64,000 nt of DNA. Source: Cirrosporium novae-zelandiae. Taxonomy: Eukaryota. Below the pieces are notes generated by a model that worked only from the letters and a program-made list of their open reading frames with translations, had not been told where the DNA came from and did not search any database. The stretch lies in NCBI GenBank assembly GCA_026023565.1, contig JAPETS010000009.1, forward strand, positions 620,001 through 684,000, in the 5' to 3' direction. The position numbers were made by a program, and so were the translations under genes. This document shows positions 50,062 through 62,799 of the stretch, piece by piece (the stretch's first letter is position 1; every line of letters begins with the position of its first letter).

Positions 50062-52749
50062 TTTTGACTTTCTGTCACGGATTAGCGGTTACTGTAATCG
50101 ATATATACATTGACCCCGAAGAAAATATGGTGGGCGCTTCTAATATAGTCCATAAACTAGGGTCATTGGCGGAGGCTATGAAGGAATTAGTTGTATGTGG
50201 GTTCAAAGTCACAAACGCATCACTAGCATTAGCCATAAATAGCTGAACAAATTAGTAGGATCTGCTAACAGTGGCGGCAATTTTAGAGAGTCATGGCATT
50301 AATATGGTCAACCACAAAAGCTACACGATGACTGTATCAGTGGTAGTTAGTGAATATTAACGACAGCATAATGGCGTCTCCTGTTGAAACACGACTAAGA
50401 AGAATGAATGGTGGACAGTTGGGGGATGCGGTTGTGGCTGTTATTCCGCAACTTTCAGCTCCGGGACCGTCGGTTAATTAGGACCTGCGTGACCTGTCAG
50501 CAGATTGAATTTGCCCTAATCTATTTTCTTGCCTCAGGCATCCAATACCTCATTACTATTGATAGTCATGAGGGTGATACATAACTATAACATTTGGACA
50601 TTCAAATAAGCCCAAGGCGATTTTTTTTCCCTTTCTAATCTATTCCAAGACCCCCTTTTCCTTTCCTTTTCCTCTCCCTCTCCCATATCTTCTATATGAA
50701 TGACCTCGGGGTTTCTAATCAATCCGATAAACGCAAGAATCAAGAAAACCACATCTGCAATCAAGGTCCTAACCTTTCACCACCATATTGTATGCGGTGA
50801 GGAGGAAGATATTTGATGAAAAGGCACTTTACAAAAAGGAAATGGCCGTTTTTTGGTTGGCTTCTGGTGGAACACCAAGGCCATTGGGGGATCCTGCAGA
50901 TGGCCAGCCTAACTCTGTGATGACTGTTTCCTTACCCCTTGCAACTTGCTACAACTTCCTCTCTAACTTCTTTGTGGCGTCTCGAATACAATGTTCGATA
51001 TGGCTATTGGGAAATTTAGGACGCAATAGCTTCATGAGATTCACTATGAGCATCATCAATTGGAGTCACGTATGCATACCGGAGTTAACTCGTACTTGGG
51101 ATCGACAACCATGATTTTCACCATTGAATATTCGGGTTGCTTCCTTTTCGTACAATGAATTCGAGGAGGGTCATAACAATGAAGGAAATTGCCCATAACG
51201 GAAGAGGTGCTAGAAGCTTAAAGAAGGTATGCATGGTGTATGTGTTCCCAAAAATCCTTAAAGATTCCGCGAATCAATATCAAAGTATATCTTAGCCTAG
51301 CTTTAGCTAAGGACCTTGATCGTGGATATAGAGAATGTAGAGTATGGAAGGCTTTGGAGGATTTTCCTTGTGTAAGAATCAGAGAGTAAAGAGTGTATAT
51401 TATCAAATTATGAGATTGTATGTATTTCGTCGGTAAATGTTCATAGCATACATTGAACCTGTTTTTAGGACTATCGATGGGTTCAAATAGCATTCCAAGG
51501 ATTCAGCTAATAACGAATGTTGTAGAAGCAAGAGCAATAAGAGGGAAGCTGCGTTGGGATTTATCATGTACAGTAGCTAATCATGACTAAACCCAAAGTT
51601 AGACATTAGAGATGGCCCATTCGGATTCCGTCAACGCAGTTGTCTTCCGAGTTAGTTAGATTTTCCTATTTTGTTTCATCAATTTCTTGTACTTTTCTGA
51701 AATCCTAATAGTGATATCTACCTGACTACCTAAACTACCTTGAGTTGTCAATCCATCATAGATCTTCCATATAGATGAGTCGGATGGGATTATTTGATAT
51801 ACGCCCTCTCCAGCGATTTTATGATCTTATAGGATAGGACATATAAAAGATTAGATATAGAGGAAATACCATAATACGGCCGACTTCGTAGATCGGAAAT
51901 TCTACTTATCTAGTCGCCATTCACAATGGAGCATGAGATGATTGGGCCTCCCATAAAGACAAACCTGCTGGTAGGCTTCATGGCTAAGGACTAACAGAGT
52001 CTAGCAGTCGTTACTTAATCTCTAGACCACAAGCCCGTAAACCTCCATAACACAACGACATAGAGTTGGGCAACAACCGAGAGCTGGTCATTTCACCAAA
52101 ATTTGATCCTCGGTATAAGAGGTCGGAGCTGGGAGCAACTGACTTTTGGTGAAAGTGACTAACTCCCGGTCGTTGTCCAACTCTAGGTTAGTTGCGTTAC
52201 CTATCATATTAGTTATAGGTCTTCCATTCATTAAGATCAATACACAATTCATTCTGCACAACGGCTGTAATAGCTTCACCATTTGGCTAGCCATCATTCG
52301 ATTATGTCACATGCCATAGACATACTCCTGCACAACTCGTACCCGATATCAATGGTAGAGTTTGAGGATGTCCTTGAGCTCTTTCATTAACGATAATGAA
52401 AGAACATACTCCCGTGAAAGCCCACAAGCGTAGATGGATACCAAATTAAGCTGATGAACGGAATAGGCTTTGATTTGGTGGGTTGTGGTCTATGACAGGA
52501 ATGTCTCTGAAATTTGAAACCGATCTCGAGGTTAAAATCCAGTAGGGTACTTCAAATATACGGTCTAGATAATTTGGGCGATCCTTTAAAAATTGAACAT
52601 ACTCGAGATCTCCGACCGTCATTTAGTGTTTCCTTGACCAGGTGAGACGGTAGGGATGATAAGAACACCGCTAAAGAACCCAATATCTAGGTACTGTCAC
52701 CCGGACGATTTAAATAATATTAATCAGGCCATGATGCAGACTCCGGTGA

Positions 52750-53358
52750 CTAAGAGTGAGTAAATTCTTGCCATGGATCTTCCACAAAACTTGGGGAGTA
52801 ATAAGCGTGAGCAACTTCAGCCTCCCATTGTGCATCTCTTTCTTTGTGGTTCACGTACTCCGGTGTCTGGAATTGCGTGCTGGTATCTTTGTCACTTTCA
52901 GGATTGAGCCTCCTTGCCTTCTCTGGCCGGTTTCCAGTTATATTAACAATAGCAGCAGACTGGCCTTCAACTTCATCCTCACTGCTGTCAATATATCCTG
53001 GATCCTCATCTTCAATGATCCCTTCCCCAATGATGTTGTCCCTCTCCGTATTTTCCCACGCTCTTCTTCCAGCCTCAAAAGGCCTTAACGCTAGACTTCT
53101 CACCTCCTCTCCTTCAGCGTCTTGAGTTCCTCTCTTTCTTTTCTGACCTCGAGAACGCGCTCTTTCAGCGCGTCCGGGTCTCTGTGGTGTATTTTCATCA
53201 TCGCGCTTTTTCGGGGGAGAGCCAGCTGGTTGGCGAATTGGAGGCCAGGCCTTTTGGTTGCGGTTACCAAAGGTGGAGAAACCCATCTGGGCTGCCATTT
53301 CTAGGTCGATGGAATCATCTGCAATGGGGGAAGGGGAACGGAAATTCGGAGAGGACAT
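52750..53358 (-). CDS. Small nuclear-type protein (202 aa) with an N-terminal MGFxxFG motif and an MPLKIP/TTDN1-like C-terminus
   Basis: EMAAQMGFSTFG near the N-terminus, basic NLS-like PPKKR and QKRKR, and C-terminal YYSPSFVEDPW. Confidence 0.7.
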   Translation of the reverse strand: MSSPNFRSPSPIADDSIDLEMAAQMGFSTFGNRNQKAWPPIRQPAGSPPKKRDDENTPQRPGRAERARSRGQKRKRGTQDAEGEEVRSLALRPFEAGRRAWENTERDNIIGEGIIEDEDPGYIDSSEDEVEGQSAAIVNITGNRPEKARRLNPESDKDTSTQFQTPEYVNHKERDAQWEAEVAHAYYSPSFVEDPWQEFTHS

Positions 53359-54513
53359 GATGAGTTAGTCGTGCGATAGGATTTCAACGACACAAATTTG
53401 AATTCTGTAATTGCTTCAAGCTATAGGTTATCAGGTATCAAGTTGGCGCTATACTTTATATATGCGAACGGATTCCCAAGGATCTGAGGAATTTGGCATA
53501 GCCGAAGAATCAAAGTTTAAGCACGAATGAATTAACAAATTTCGAAAGTTTTGTGGATGGTTCAGGGATCTTGAGATTTGTGTTGGTTTAGACGTAGTCG
53601 TTGAATGTGTGTGGGGAAATTAATCAAGTACCGACGTGGCGAATCTAACCTAAAATGATGGAGACAGGATATAAGTATAAATTACACAAGGAATAAGGAT
53701 GGCTAATTAAGTTCATCATTATTTCAAAAAATCTACACTTTATTCCTCAAATTCATCATCTCCCTGAAGTTTATGACGTCTAACCGTCGACAACGATTTC
53801 AAATCTTTTCATTATAGCTTTGCACACTGATACGAGTCAGGGTACAAGAAATTAGGGTATATATAGCACTCGAAGGAAGCAGCAAAACAGCCCATGAATA
53901 AATATCACCTGCCCGGAGGCCTCCGGGTGACCTTGGTGGTCATGCGATTAGAAAAAAAAATAAAAGGAAAGAGCTGGAGTTGGCTCACATCGCTTCATTG
54001 ATCTTGGTCATGATGACGGAGAACCCCTCCCCGGAGCCAAAAATGAAAGAATTGGCATTCGTTGATTACCAGAAATATCACCTTAACGAATATTGGCACA
54101 ATTGCGGTCATCATAAGAACCTTCATGTAATTCGCCCTTCGAAAACATAACCATAAACCAGAAAACCGAGACTACCCCCATAGATTATTAGTAGAATTGG
54201 TCCTGGAAGATATTTTCCTCGTCCATGATTGAAATGAAAACCCCTAATCTGGAAGACCCCCGGGATCAAGAGGTAAAAAGGATTTAGAATATCGTAGCAG
54301 TAACGCCTCATTCATAACCATCACCCCGCCTCCCCCTTTCGATCCTTAATGTGATGAAATCCACCAGCAATGCAGGTAACCTTGAGGCTACCACAGAAAC
54401 CCGTCCGATACGCCACCATGTCCATTGTTGCCTTTAACAATCATACCACCTCCTCGCTATGCATCAAGGGAATAAAAAATGTAAATAAAGAGGAGTGTTC
54501 GGAAGTTAAACAA

Positions 54514-57500
54514 CTAAACCTTCATGTCATCCGCTGTAATTTCGCGATCTCTTAGCAACACATTTGGAGTGCTTGGATCAAGAAGGTTGATGATTTTATC
54601 TCCTAAATCGCTGAAATTCACTGGCTTGGTGAGATAATCGTGAAATCCAGCTTCGGCAGCCTGATCAAGACCTTCCGTAGCCACATTGGCTGAAAGAGCG
54701 ATGATAGGAATCTGCGAGAATTTGTTCTCATTTTCCCAGTCACGGATTTCACGGCAAGTCTGATACCCGTCTTTGACAGGCATTTGGATGTCACACTAAG
54801 GGAAAGGAGTAAATAGGTGAATAGAGAGTCAAACAAGATCACTTACGACAATCAAAGAGTAGTATCCTGATGGATGAGAAAAGACCATATCTGTACACTG
54901 CTTGCCATCACCGGCCGTTTCTGTGGCTAACTTGACCCTGTCTAAATATTTTCGGATTACCTATAGAGCGCATAAGATCAGCAACGACAGCGCAGGTTAT
55001 AATTTTTGGAATAAGGATTACCATTAAATTTGTTGCATTGTCCTCAACCAGCAGTATCTTAAGGTTCCGATCCTTGACTGCTTCCATAACGGTCTTGAAG
55101 GCATTTTTTATAACGTCATTAGCCTTTTGAGCCGTGTTGCGATTCCTGTCGGTACTTAAATCCTGTTCCTTTGCTGGATCGAATATAAACGCAAATTTGT
55201 GGGGAGTAAGAGGTCGGAAAACAAAGTGTAGACGTTGATCGGCACCTAACTGAGCGTAATCATATTGCGGCGTGCGCTTAATGAGCTCTTTCTTTTGCAT
55301 GTGATCCGTGATAATGATTAGAGTTGTGGGTCGCTGAGTTGTTGACTGAAGGATTTTTTGTATCAACTTGACAATTACGTCCAGCTCTTGAAGATTCAGC
55401 ACGACGTGGGTGAACAACACGGGGTCCTCCCCCAAAACCATTTTCTCGCACTCATCGATATCCCCATTTGCAGTCAATTGATGTGGTATGGAAGGAGGTA
55501 ATATGGATTTTATGTGTTGCTCGGTTGCAAGACGGGTATTAGGGATCGGACAAACAATAAGAATCGAGTACATTTGAGGATGCAATGCCTCGCTTGTCAC
55601 TTGGGGTTTCTCAGCAACCAGTGAAGTAGGTTGCGAAATTGATCTAGGGGACATGACCGCTTTTGGAGAAGGAAGGTGATCCCTTCCAGTTATCACCGCG
55701 AGAGGACTTGAGCTACCGGAGGGGAAATTCAATTTCATGGCATCGTCATCTTTCAAAACCGAAGACGCAGAAGACCGTTCAGAGACATGGGTTTGCACAG
55801 AGCGTATAGAAGGATCAGAACTCGCAGAGGATGCTAGCGCAGGAGAGTCTGGCGGCATATCTATCCGATGTAATGGTGAGCTAGGGAATTGTCGTAACAC
55901 TTTTGAAAGCGCAGCCGGGTTCTGCATATTGACGCGCATACGCTGCCTAATATTTCCAGACAACGATGCCTCCTCCGCTGTTGCTGCTGCCGACAGATCT
56001 GGCGGAGGCTGGTCACCATCCGACGGGAGCCGGAATTTAGCAGTAAACCGAAACGTAGACCCCTGCCCTGGTTCCCCCGTTGCAACCAGGTCACCACCAT
56101 GCAGTTCTGCAAGTTGTTTAGAAATAACAAGTCCAAGTCCACTGCCACGTTGCTTTCCAGAATCGCTTCCCTCAAGCTGTACGAAGGTCTTGAAGAGTAA
56201 GGCCGCTTGTTCCTTACTAAATCCCTTTCCAGTATCAACAACTTCAAACATGAGAATGATTTCTGAACCCTGGGCTGCTGCAACGGAACATCGGACATAG
56301 ATTTCGCCTTTGGAAGTAAACTTGATGGCGTTTCCAACTAAATTAGTGAGTACTTGATTAACTCGAACCTTGTCACCTTTGACTTCAGACGGAACATCAT
56401 CGTCCACAAGATAATTAAGCTCTAAGCGCTTCTCAATGGCTTGGGCGGAGCTGAGAGAATTGACCTGTTCTAGTAGTGATCGAACGTGAAACCAGTTATA
56501 TGCGATTTTCATTGCACCGGCTTCCATTTTCTGAAGGTCCATGTAATTATCAATCAAATGCTTCAGGGTCACGGCACTCGAACTTAAATTTTCCATCATA
56601 GACCTTTGTTCATTATTCAGATTGGACTCCAGGAGGAAGGGTAGAAGACCTAGCATCCCATGAAGAGGCGTCCTTAATTCATGAGACATTGTACTTAAGA
56701 ACCGTGCTTTTGATTGCACTGTCTCATTGAGTCGTTGTTCAAGCACTTTAGAATTGTTTACATCCATACATGATCCAATCCACGAGGCTTCACCATTTCC
56801 AAAGTCTATCGGATCCACATGTTTGAGGTGGACTAGATGCCAACGGTATTCACCCTTGGCGGATCGTAAACGAATCTCGGTTGAGTAAGTGACCTCGCCT
56901 TGATCATCTGTATCCTCCTGAACGATGCCATGCCTAACCAATTCTGAGAGAGGCGGCACTGATTCTTTACGCGTGTTGCTATCGGTACACTCTAACAATG
57001 GATGCTCAGGGGGGTGCATCGTAGCATCTGTGTGTGTTGAAGAGTCGGAGGATCTAGTAGACGATTGAGCACGCGACAGAGCAGGTGTTGGAGTTGCGGT
57101 CTGAACACCAGAGGACAGAGTTAATAAGCCTCGTATACCTAGAAAGGTGCACTTTTTCAAGTCATCAGGATGCACATGTTCAGCAAACCCAAAGTTAACT
57201 GCATCTTGGAAGGTCTGTCCCGAATACGCCTGCCAGCGACTATTAGCGAAAATAATGCCCTTATCAGCATTCGCGGCAAACATAATTTGAGGGCCAGCAT
57301 TTGCGATAGCTCTATATTTGGATTCCGAGGCTGCAGTATTTCGTTCTCGTCTTGCCTCGGCTTCGGCTTCATGTTGTTGATGAATGTCCATCAAAGTTCC
57401 AATCCAGTGGACCAGTTCACCCTGCAGATTGAGCATTGCATTTGCACGTACATGAAACCAGCGATAGTCATCCTCATTATCAAATCGCTTGAGACGTACT

Positions 57501-60500
57501 TGGGTAGAGAATTGGTCCTTGTGCTGCAATGCATAATACCAATCTTTCTCAAAAGCCTTTCTTTGTGATGGGTGAACACTATTCCACGGATTTGCAAATA
57601 TTTGACTTGTTGTTAGACACCGATAAGCGATGTATTTAGCATTGACCCAGATCAAATTACCAGTCTCAGGGGAGGCTAGGAAAATCTGCATCGGGAGAAA
57701 ATCAAGCATCTGTCGAGCTAGTCGCTCTGAAGGTGCTGGAAAGCCACTTGGAACCTTGGCTAACACTTGTTCTGGGGTAGGCTGTTTGTTTTCAGACATT
57801 ACGGGTAAGGGTGCAGAAGCGGCTTGCTGGGTCGGAATAGAAGCGGTGAGGCTAACTCCATGAGAATGTAAAAGCGTATGGGGTTTTCGAGGCTGTTGAA
57901 ATGGTTGACTAGCTGCTTTACGGTGGCCCTCTTTCCGAGCTGGTGTGGCAGAGTCTTGTTGACTGCGTGGTATGTTTAATTCATGCTTCGCTTTGAGTGC
58001 TGATATATTTGTTTGTCCGATCTTCAGATCTTGGCTAGAGAAGGAGGCGCGTTTCGGAGTTGGTGTATCCTCGGTTGTACGCGCATGCTTAATATCAATA
58101 TCTTCGTTTTCAAGCACAACATCAGGCAGCCGGTCACGTGTGTTCAGCGTCGACGTTGAAGCGTCCTGGTCGCGAAGTCTGTGGGCGGCTCCTCGGATAG
58201 CCATTCTAGGATCCTTTGGTGAGGATGGGGCTGATCCATCCTTCAGATATGAACGTGATCGTGGTCGTGAAGTCGCTGGGCTTTGCGTTTTTGCGCTAAA
58301 ATAACTGTCAACAGGGTCATTGCCACCCACCAAACCCGGCGTACGCCTTTCACTTGCAGGTCCCACACTCGATATCTCCCAAGTAAGTCCACCAGGGGAT
58401 GGGGGTGGACTGCCTTTCGAAATTCCAGAGTAATCGCTTGGACTTGTAATGCTTCCTGTAGTAGTTGATCCTGGAAAGTCCACTGGTGGAGAGAAAAGGT
58501 TGCCGCTTAGGTGTGCGAGAGTTTCTATCTCTTGGTCGTCGCTAGCGAAGACGCCTCCGATTGCGTGCTGGTGCCTCTTCACTGGTCCAGATAAGGCTTG
58601 GGCTTCAAGCTTGCTATATTGAATAGCTGATACGTATGAAGTTGCAAGGTGAGGAAGTAAATATGTGAGCGAATATCTGAGGTTTGATGGGTATGGAATC
58701 ACTGGAGTTAGAATCGACAGGATGGCTACAGCAGGGTTCTTTCTTCTCCTGGGGGATGCAGCAGAACCACTGTCGTTTTGGCTACTTGAAAGACTCTCTT
58801 CCCCGCCAGTATTTCCTCCGCCTATGTGCAGAAATCCTTGCTTGCTTAGCTTTGGGATGTTTGGACGAAACAGTGGGATGTGGATTACTGTGCTTGCTTG
58901 ATCAAGCCCTATCGCAGGTACTATGTCTGTTTGTGAGTAATCGTGCGGAGGTGGGGATGCCATGAATGCCTCCTCATCTATTCCTGGTGGAGCAAAGAAT
59001 GGGTTGTGTTCTGGATCCTCTCGAATTGCCGGTGAGGGCGCTGGAGACTGTGACCAGGGTGACTGCGGCACCTGTTCATATTCTTCATATTTACGTGCCC
59101 GCAGAACTTGCTCTAATGCTCTTGGTTCATTCTGAGAAGACAAGACAGTTCGTTTTAATGACAATGGCTTTCCTTGTTTTGCACCTTGATCATCAACATT
59201 ATTTTTCTGGGTTTGAAGACCTGTATCTGGGTTAGCATGACGTTATCTCAAGACAAGTTCTTTATTACCTTCACCCGTATCCACCTCAGCAAATCCCACA
59301 TATTCTCGTGTGAGCACAACTGGCTTATCTTTCCCAAATACCTTGACGACAGTCATTCTATCTACTAGAGGCTCAACTTCATACTCAAGTCCTCGGGGCA
59401 TTGCGAATATCTTCGCTCGAGGATCACGAAGCGATGCCTCCGACCAATCTAATGGTATGAATTCCTGGGTATATTTATTTTGCGGCTTTTTGTTCAAGTC
59501 AAGTCGAAATTCGGGTTTACCGTGATCCAGCGATCGTAGCTGTGGCTCTTTCTCTTGACCCGATGGTTGGAGGTAACTGGCCATTCGGTGAGGACCAGCA
59601 GGCCGGCGAAATGAAGATTTTGACGTCGAATCAGTCATACTATCTCCGGTCTTGGGAAACACTCCTATATGCGAATGTCGAGCAGTCAGCTTAGGTCGGG
59701 AGTTTTTTGGTGTTCGTGGCTTTGCCATCGGGTCGTTTGGGACGTTCTCAGCTGGACGGCATTCCTCTGCAAACCCATAGGTGTATATCTCATCTTCCAT
59801 GATGTTAAAAGTGGCCTTCTGCGCCCATGGCACATTCTCGACGTCGGTTGGATCCCCTGGGACCGAAAGAGTCACCCTTTCTGCCTTATACTGCTCCTGC
59901 ATCACTTCTACCGCATTGTTCCACCATGCTTCGAGCCCTGGTTCAGAGTTTAACATCAAAGTTGCAGTATATGTGTCGGGGGTGGGATAATTTGGATCTT
60001 CTGGAGGATGTGTAGCTCCCGCAGGGGCGAAGGTCATAGTAGATGCAGGAGTACTTGGATCTGACGCAATCGTATCTTTAATACCTCGACTCAGTTTCGA
60101 TGGTGGTCGAGCCCTGCCCACAGGTTCAACAGTTGGAGATAGACCCATGAACGTCCTACCCTGAGCTCCGAGGTCAAGGTCAGGTGTTACCATGGGTGGG
60201 AAAGGGTATGATGGCGTTCTCAAGGCCATGTCTTTTGGAGTTGGAGCAACTGTGCTACCCTTTACGGTGGCCGTCGACTCGGTTGAAGCGGTCTGGGCGG
60301 CTGATCGAAGAGGAACCTTGGAGGCAGCGGCATCCAACGCTGGAGATCTGTCATCGGATGAATCCAAGGGCAGGGGTCGACAAGAGTCTTTTGATCCTCC
60401 AACAGTTGGCTTGGCCGAAGACAAAGTTGATGACGGCAGGGTTGAGCTAGATATCATGGAGTTTGGCTGTGGATACTGAGTCCTTCGGATACGCTCATTC

Positions 60501-60592
60501 ATTTCCAGGCGCAACCGTTCAACCTCCTGGATCTGGGACTCGTCACCTTGAGAAGACCTTTTAGGGTCTCTGAGAGATGAAGTTCTTTTCAT
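54514..60592 (-). CDS. Hybrid sensor histidine kinase/response regulator with PAS/PAC domains (resembles fungal group V, phkB/NIK-2-like); introns at 59268-59221 and two in the receiver region
   Basis: PAS/PAC segments (YRWFHVRA...WIGTLMDIH; GEYRWHLV). H-box FLSTMSHELRTPLHG, N-box QVLTNLVGNAIKFT, G1 box DTGKG, G2 box GSGLGLVIS. Receiver ILLVEDN...CDIQMP...IIALSAN...YLTKP. The 48-nt intron joins ORFs 59243-60613 and 54908-59164 in frame. Confidence 0.93.
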
Positions 60593-60681
60593 GGTACCCC
60601 CCTGCTCCTCCACAAATGACTGGATTTAGGTGGGATGAAGAAGCATTCGCGATGAGAGCGCGAAATGCTTTGGTTGCAAAA

Positions 60682-60689
60682 TGACGTCA
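60682..60689. promoter_or_regulatory. CRE/ATF palindrome TGACGTCA about 90 bp upstream of the histidine kinase ATG
   Basis: Exact consensus match; function not shown. Confidence 0.3.
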
Positions 60690-62799
60690 GAGCTCAAAAA
60701 CAACATCTACCAGAAATGAAGAGGAATGATTTGGTGGGTTCGAAGCGACACAACTCGATCAACAAGTCGACGAAGATGATGGGGTGTGATGAGCGAGTGT
60801 ACAGAGAATAAAGGAATAGACAGAGACTTAGTTAGCCCTATTTGCAGACAAGGCCAATCCCTCAAAAGTCACGTTTCAGTGGAGACTTTTGAGTAGTACT
60901 TTGGGGGACTTTTTTTGCGGCGAAGCGATAATTCTTTTGCTGGTTCATCAGGAACTTCAGGGAAGGGAAAGCCCGTGGCCACTTGCAAGCCGTGCAGCAG
61001 GGGCCATCAGCCCAATACGTCACTTTCACACCCACCAAGTTTCTTCAGGGTCTTTTTCAGGGAAAAAAGAACATAGAACAAGGGAGTTGAAAGGGATGAC
61101 CAATTTTTGTTTCTTTTTTTTTTCTTTCTCTTTATTCTTTTTTTTGGTTTTTTTTCTTTTTTTTTTCTATTCTTTCATATCCTATTCTACTCACCATTTA
61201 ACTAACCAATTATCGATATCTAATAGGGAGGATGGGATAATGGTGGGGATGGGGGGCACACAGAACTAAGGAAAAGTTAAGATAAATTACATGAATTACA
61301 GAAGTTACATCAAAGTGATTATTCTGTAATTTACCTGACATTAAAATACTAAAGACTAGTATATAAATGTTGTTTAAGAAAAAAATTAGTGAGAGGAAAT
61401 GGAAATGGAAATGGGAGAGAGTTTGAAAGGGTGGGAAAGAGTAAGAGGGAGAGTCTCATCTCTTCTCCAGTCGCCCTCCACACAAGGGAATAGTTACCTG
61501 CCAAGCAATTTGAAGCCCAACATGTCGTTAGTCTTTTTAGTGTCGGTTGTCTTCTGCTTCGTCTCTGTCTTGGCACGGGAGCTTACTTCATTGGGCTTGC
61601 TTAGACGACGTCATTGAGTTTTCAATTCTCACTTTGTTAATTTCTCGTTTTCTCTCATACACGGTATCAGACCCAATCAAACCATCACCAACCGATATTC
61701 CATCACGTGATCAGGTATTTAATACCTAATATGAGATTAATTACCTCGTCTATTTTTATGTATCATGTACTGGGCTAGGTAAGTACTTTATTAAAGTAGT
61801 TGCTGTTATTATTGTCATTAGACTAATATAATATGATCATTAATGTACCTATTCTACGCATAACTGCTTCTTTTGGTATCCAACTAATTTAAAAAAAATA
61901 AAAAACACTTTGACATTACTTTTTGTAAAATCTACTATTTATTTATTATCATTATTCATCATTACCATGTCTCAGTGTGTTTCTCAACTCAAATTCCTGA
62001 ATGGGTATACCCTCATCCGTCCATTTAATAGTCTATCCATCATTATCAGTAGCAGTACCAGCAATACCAGCAGCAGTACCAGCAGCAACAAATAGCATCA
62101 TCATCATCATCATCATCCTCATCATACCTCGGGGTTTAAGTGTCAAAGAGATAAGCTTCCATCCGGTTGCACTGTGATCCATTCCGGGCACATTTCTAGT
62201 GCAGACCTCCGTCAGACTACCAGAAACCAAATCAAGCAAGGTTTCCACTCCACCACCGATAGTTTTCCAGCATCTTCAAATTCACTAACCAATCCAACCA
62301 TTCACAGTCTATCAATGCTTTTTTTACTCGGATCAAAATCTCAACCTTCAAGATTCGATTTTGAAAGCGTTTGAAAATCAATTACCGAACACGGTTTGCT
62401 AAGCACGCCGGGCTGCTCTCATGGTCCGAACACTGTAAAGTCCCAACTTTGTTACGCATTCTCATCTCGATGCGATACATTAATTCATCCAGAAGATCCG
62501 ACAATAATTAATTATCCATTTAACTAGGCTCAGTCTGGGGCAATTCCAGCTGAGCTGTCAATATTGCTGATCTTCATTGATCTTTCCCCTTTTTACACCA
62601 CTGGAATCCAAAAGAAGATCTTCTTACTTCCTCTCCATATGATGCCATTATTGATACCTTTGAGACCTGCACACAAGATTGCAAATACTTACGAACCCCC
62701 AGCCCTGTCTGCAACATTTATGGCATGTCGCATGCACTCAAACATTTGGGACGGATTAGGATCAGACCATCGCTGCTAACAGACCGACATTGGCCATCC

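Noticed and set aside
51100..52400. Scattered ORF fragments (51218-51493, 52088-52297)
   Set aside because: Many stops and no motif; cannot be distinguished from intergenic DNA by eye.
59164..59270. Apparent split of the histidine kinase into two ORFs
   Set aside because: Explained by a canonical 48-nt intron (59268-59221) with a GCTAAC branch point.
2236..60479. Numerous antisense or alternative-frame ORFs overlapping real genes, and ORFs in microsatellite tracts
   Set aside because: Shadows of coding sequence or products of low complexity, with no independent motifs.
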